Shown: piece by piece, positions 62,182 through 64,000 of the stretch
How the letters are laid out: each line of letters starts with the position of its first letter
How positions within the stretch are numbered: position 1 is the first letter of the stretch
Source: Leptogorgia sarmentosa
Taxonomy: Eukaryota
DNA length: 64,000 bases
NCBI GenBank assembly: GCA_964658305.1
Contig: OZ210885.1
Span: 4,526,001 to 4,590,000 of the forward strand
Direction: 5' to 3'
Translations under genes and position numbers: made by a program
Notes under the pieces: generated by a model
Database searches by the model: none
What the model saw: only the letters and a program-made list of their open reading frames with translations
What the model was told of the DNA's origin: nothing

Positions 62182-62797
62182 CTGAGAGGAAATAAAGAAT
62201 ATAATTGAAATATGGAATGAGTATATTTGCTATTTATTGAGAATAAACACCGCCAAGAAAGGGAATTCCTCACGAAATACATCAGAATAAGTTCTGAGTT
62301 GCTGTCCGAGAACTAATTAGCTCCATGACTCCCATGGTAGCTATGGAGCCTTAGCACTCGGTCTCTGGGGATTAAGACAACAATGAATTTGGCGGTCATA
62401 TTTGTCTACCTTTCAAAAGAATATATTTAAAATTCTTTTGTAGTTCTAAATAAACAATGTGCGTTATAAGTGGTATTAAAATAGCTGTCTATAAGTCCAT
62501 ATTCTTGACAATTAGAGCTGCATGACTTTGGTATGAATGCATCAGTGCAATATTTTTGGAGTATGTTTTTAACAGATTTCCCTGCAATAAATTATTTAGT
62601 AGAGCTTTAATTGACTTCTTCAAGAGACAACCTGGTTTTGTTCCTGGTGTTAAAAGTAGCGCTACTATATAATTATATATTTATTAAATATTCAACAGTC
62701 TTATGTTTTGAATAGATTACATAGCTAAGCAGTTTTAGTAGTGACAGTTTCTTTCAACTGTAATGCAGCCTCGGTAGCGCACGCGTATATAGTATAT

Positions 62798-63119
62798 TAG
62801 GGACTTTAAGATCTACAACGCGACCAACTCGACGACGCGCTTTCCGAACAAAGAAATTTTTATGTCGCCGCAACGCAATGTTAAACTAAGCATTATCACG
62901 TCTTCAAAGCAACGTGAAGGGTGATTACAACGTGAGAGCTTTAACTTCAAGTTGACTACAGCAACGATCGCATTACTTTAGCTGAACCTACAGTGTGTAA
63001 CTGTTTCTTGAACAAAATTCCAACATCTATTAAAGCATAAAAAGGTCAGCACTCATTTTCAAGCAGAAAGTTAGACCCCGTCGTCGACTTGGTCGCGTTG
63101 TAGATCTTAAGGTCCCTAT
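62798..63119. mobile_element. MITE; decayed relatives at ~33535-33740 and ~41005-41200
   Basis: ~40 bp TIR tagggactttaagatctacaacgcgaccaa / ttggtcgcgttgtagatcttaaggtcccta. Confidence 0.8.
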
Positions 63120-64000
63120 CGCAAAGCCTAAACAACGCATTTAAAGCATAAAAAGATCAGGGAAGGGCAACACGAGAGTATATATATAATTTGAATTTCT
63201 TTACTTCTTGCAGGTTTGTTTTTGTTGAAAAACAGTAAGTAAACGCGTTTATACTGTAATTGTCCACATGAGTTTCGTTTAATACAGAAAAATTTAATGA
63301 ATTATTTCGAAATTGTTACTGCGCTGCCTATTGGCAGTTGAAAATCGACTCACCAGGTCGTGAGATAACACTGGAGCTATCAAGCTCATCCAAGCTGAAA
63401 AAATCAGGATCTTCGTAAGAAATTTTGGAGACATTTGGCGTTCTTGATCTTCTAATTCTTCGAGTGTTGCTTTGACTTTTCCTCCGCTAGATCTTCAAAC
63501 TGAATGGTATACGAATCTTGTTTCAAGCAGTTTTATCAAATTTTTGATTTGCTGTGAAACAATAGTTATATTCATGCCAATTTCTAACCAATCAGAACGA
63601 CTGTCATCTTTCTTCCTTCAGCTCGTTATCCACATGCCGAGTAAACATAATTTTTTTTAATTTACATTTGAATTTAGCAGCCACTAAACTCCGCCAAGAA
63701 ACAAACATAATTCTTTTATTTTCCTATAAAACCATTCTTGGCCGCATAATTTAATTTTCCCTTGAATTGGAAAAACGGTATTCTTAATTCTTGTGTCTCA
63801 GTGACTGATTTCACAAATTGTTGATGTTGGTCCGAGCCTACATTAGGATAACTTAAAAGAAGTTTTAAATGCTTTCCATAAATACCTGTTTGCAGAAATG
63901 GCGTTTTTTGTATTGCTTGTTGCGCCTCCACACTTATTGGTACGCCAATCTTAATTTATAATCTAGTTTTAATGCACCTTGAGCAGTGATATATATATAT

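Noticed and set aside
63350..63931. Possible upstream exons of the fibrinogen-domain gene
   Set aside because: In-frame stops and no compatible splice phase found; cannot be supported.

Overview
AT-rich eukaryotic genomic DNA with spliceosomal GT-AG introns. Gene and repeat content suggest a cnidarian, possibly an octocoral (inference). From left to right: (1) a 10-exon TM7SF3 gene (minus strand, 3' end runs off the window) head-to-head with a FoxM-like forkhead gene; (2) a small orphan ORF with an RVxW motif; (3) a two-exon AAA_28/NadR-like P-loop NTPase; (4) a possible Polinton/Maverick remnant carrying variant tRNA-Tyr and tRNA-His genes; (5) six intronless class-A GPCRs, four of them inside an ~8 kb tandem duplication and showing mosaic sequence; (6) a frameshifted sulfotransferase; (7) a coiled-coil plus CNTNAP-type fibrinogen-domain gene. 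Intergenic and intronic DNA is full of MITEs and non-autonomous hAT, Harbinger and Crypton-like elements. The most unusual signal is a set of at least 7 long hairpins, mostly unrelated in primary sequence, whose mismatches are repeatedly tandem GA/GA pairs on one strand, several with GNA/GNNA loops. They sit at one end of small mobile elements, one of which retains a Crypton-like N-terminus. All exon coordinates were read by hand.
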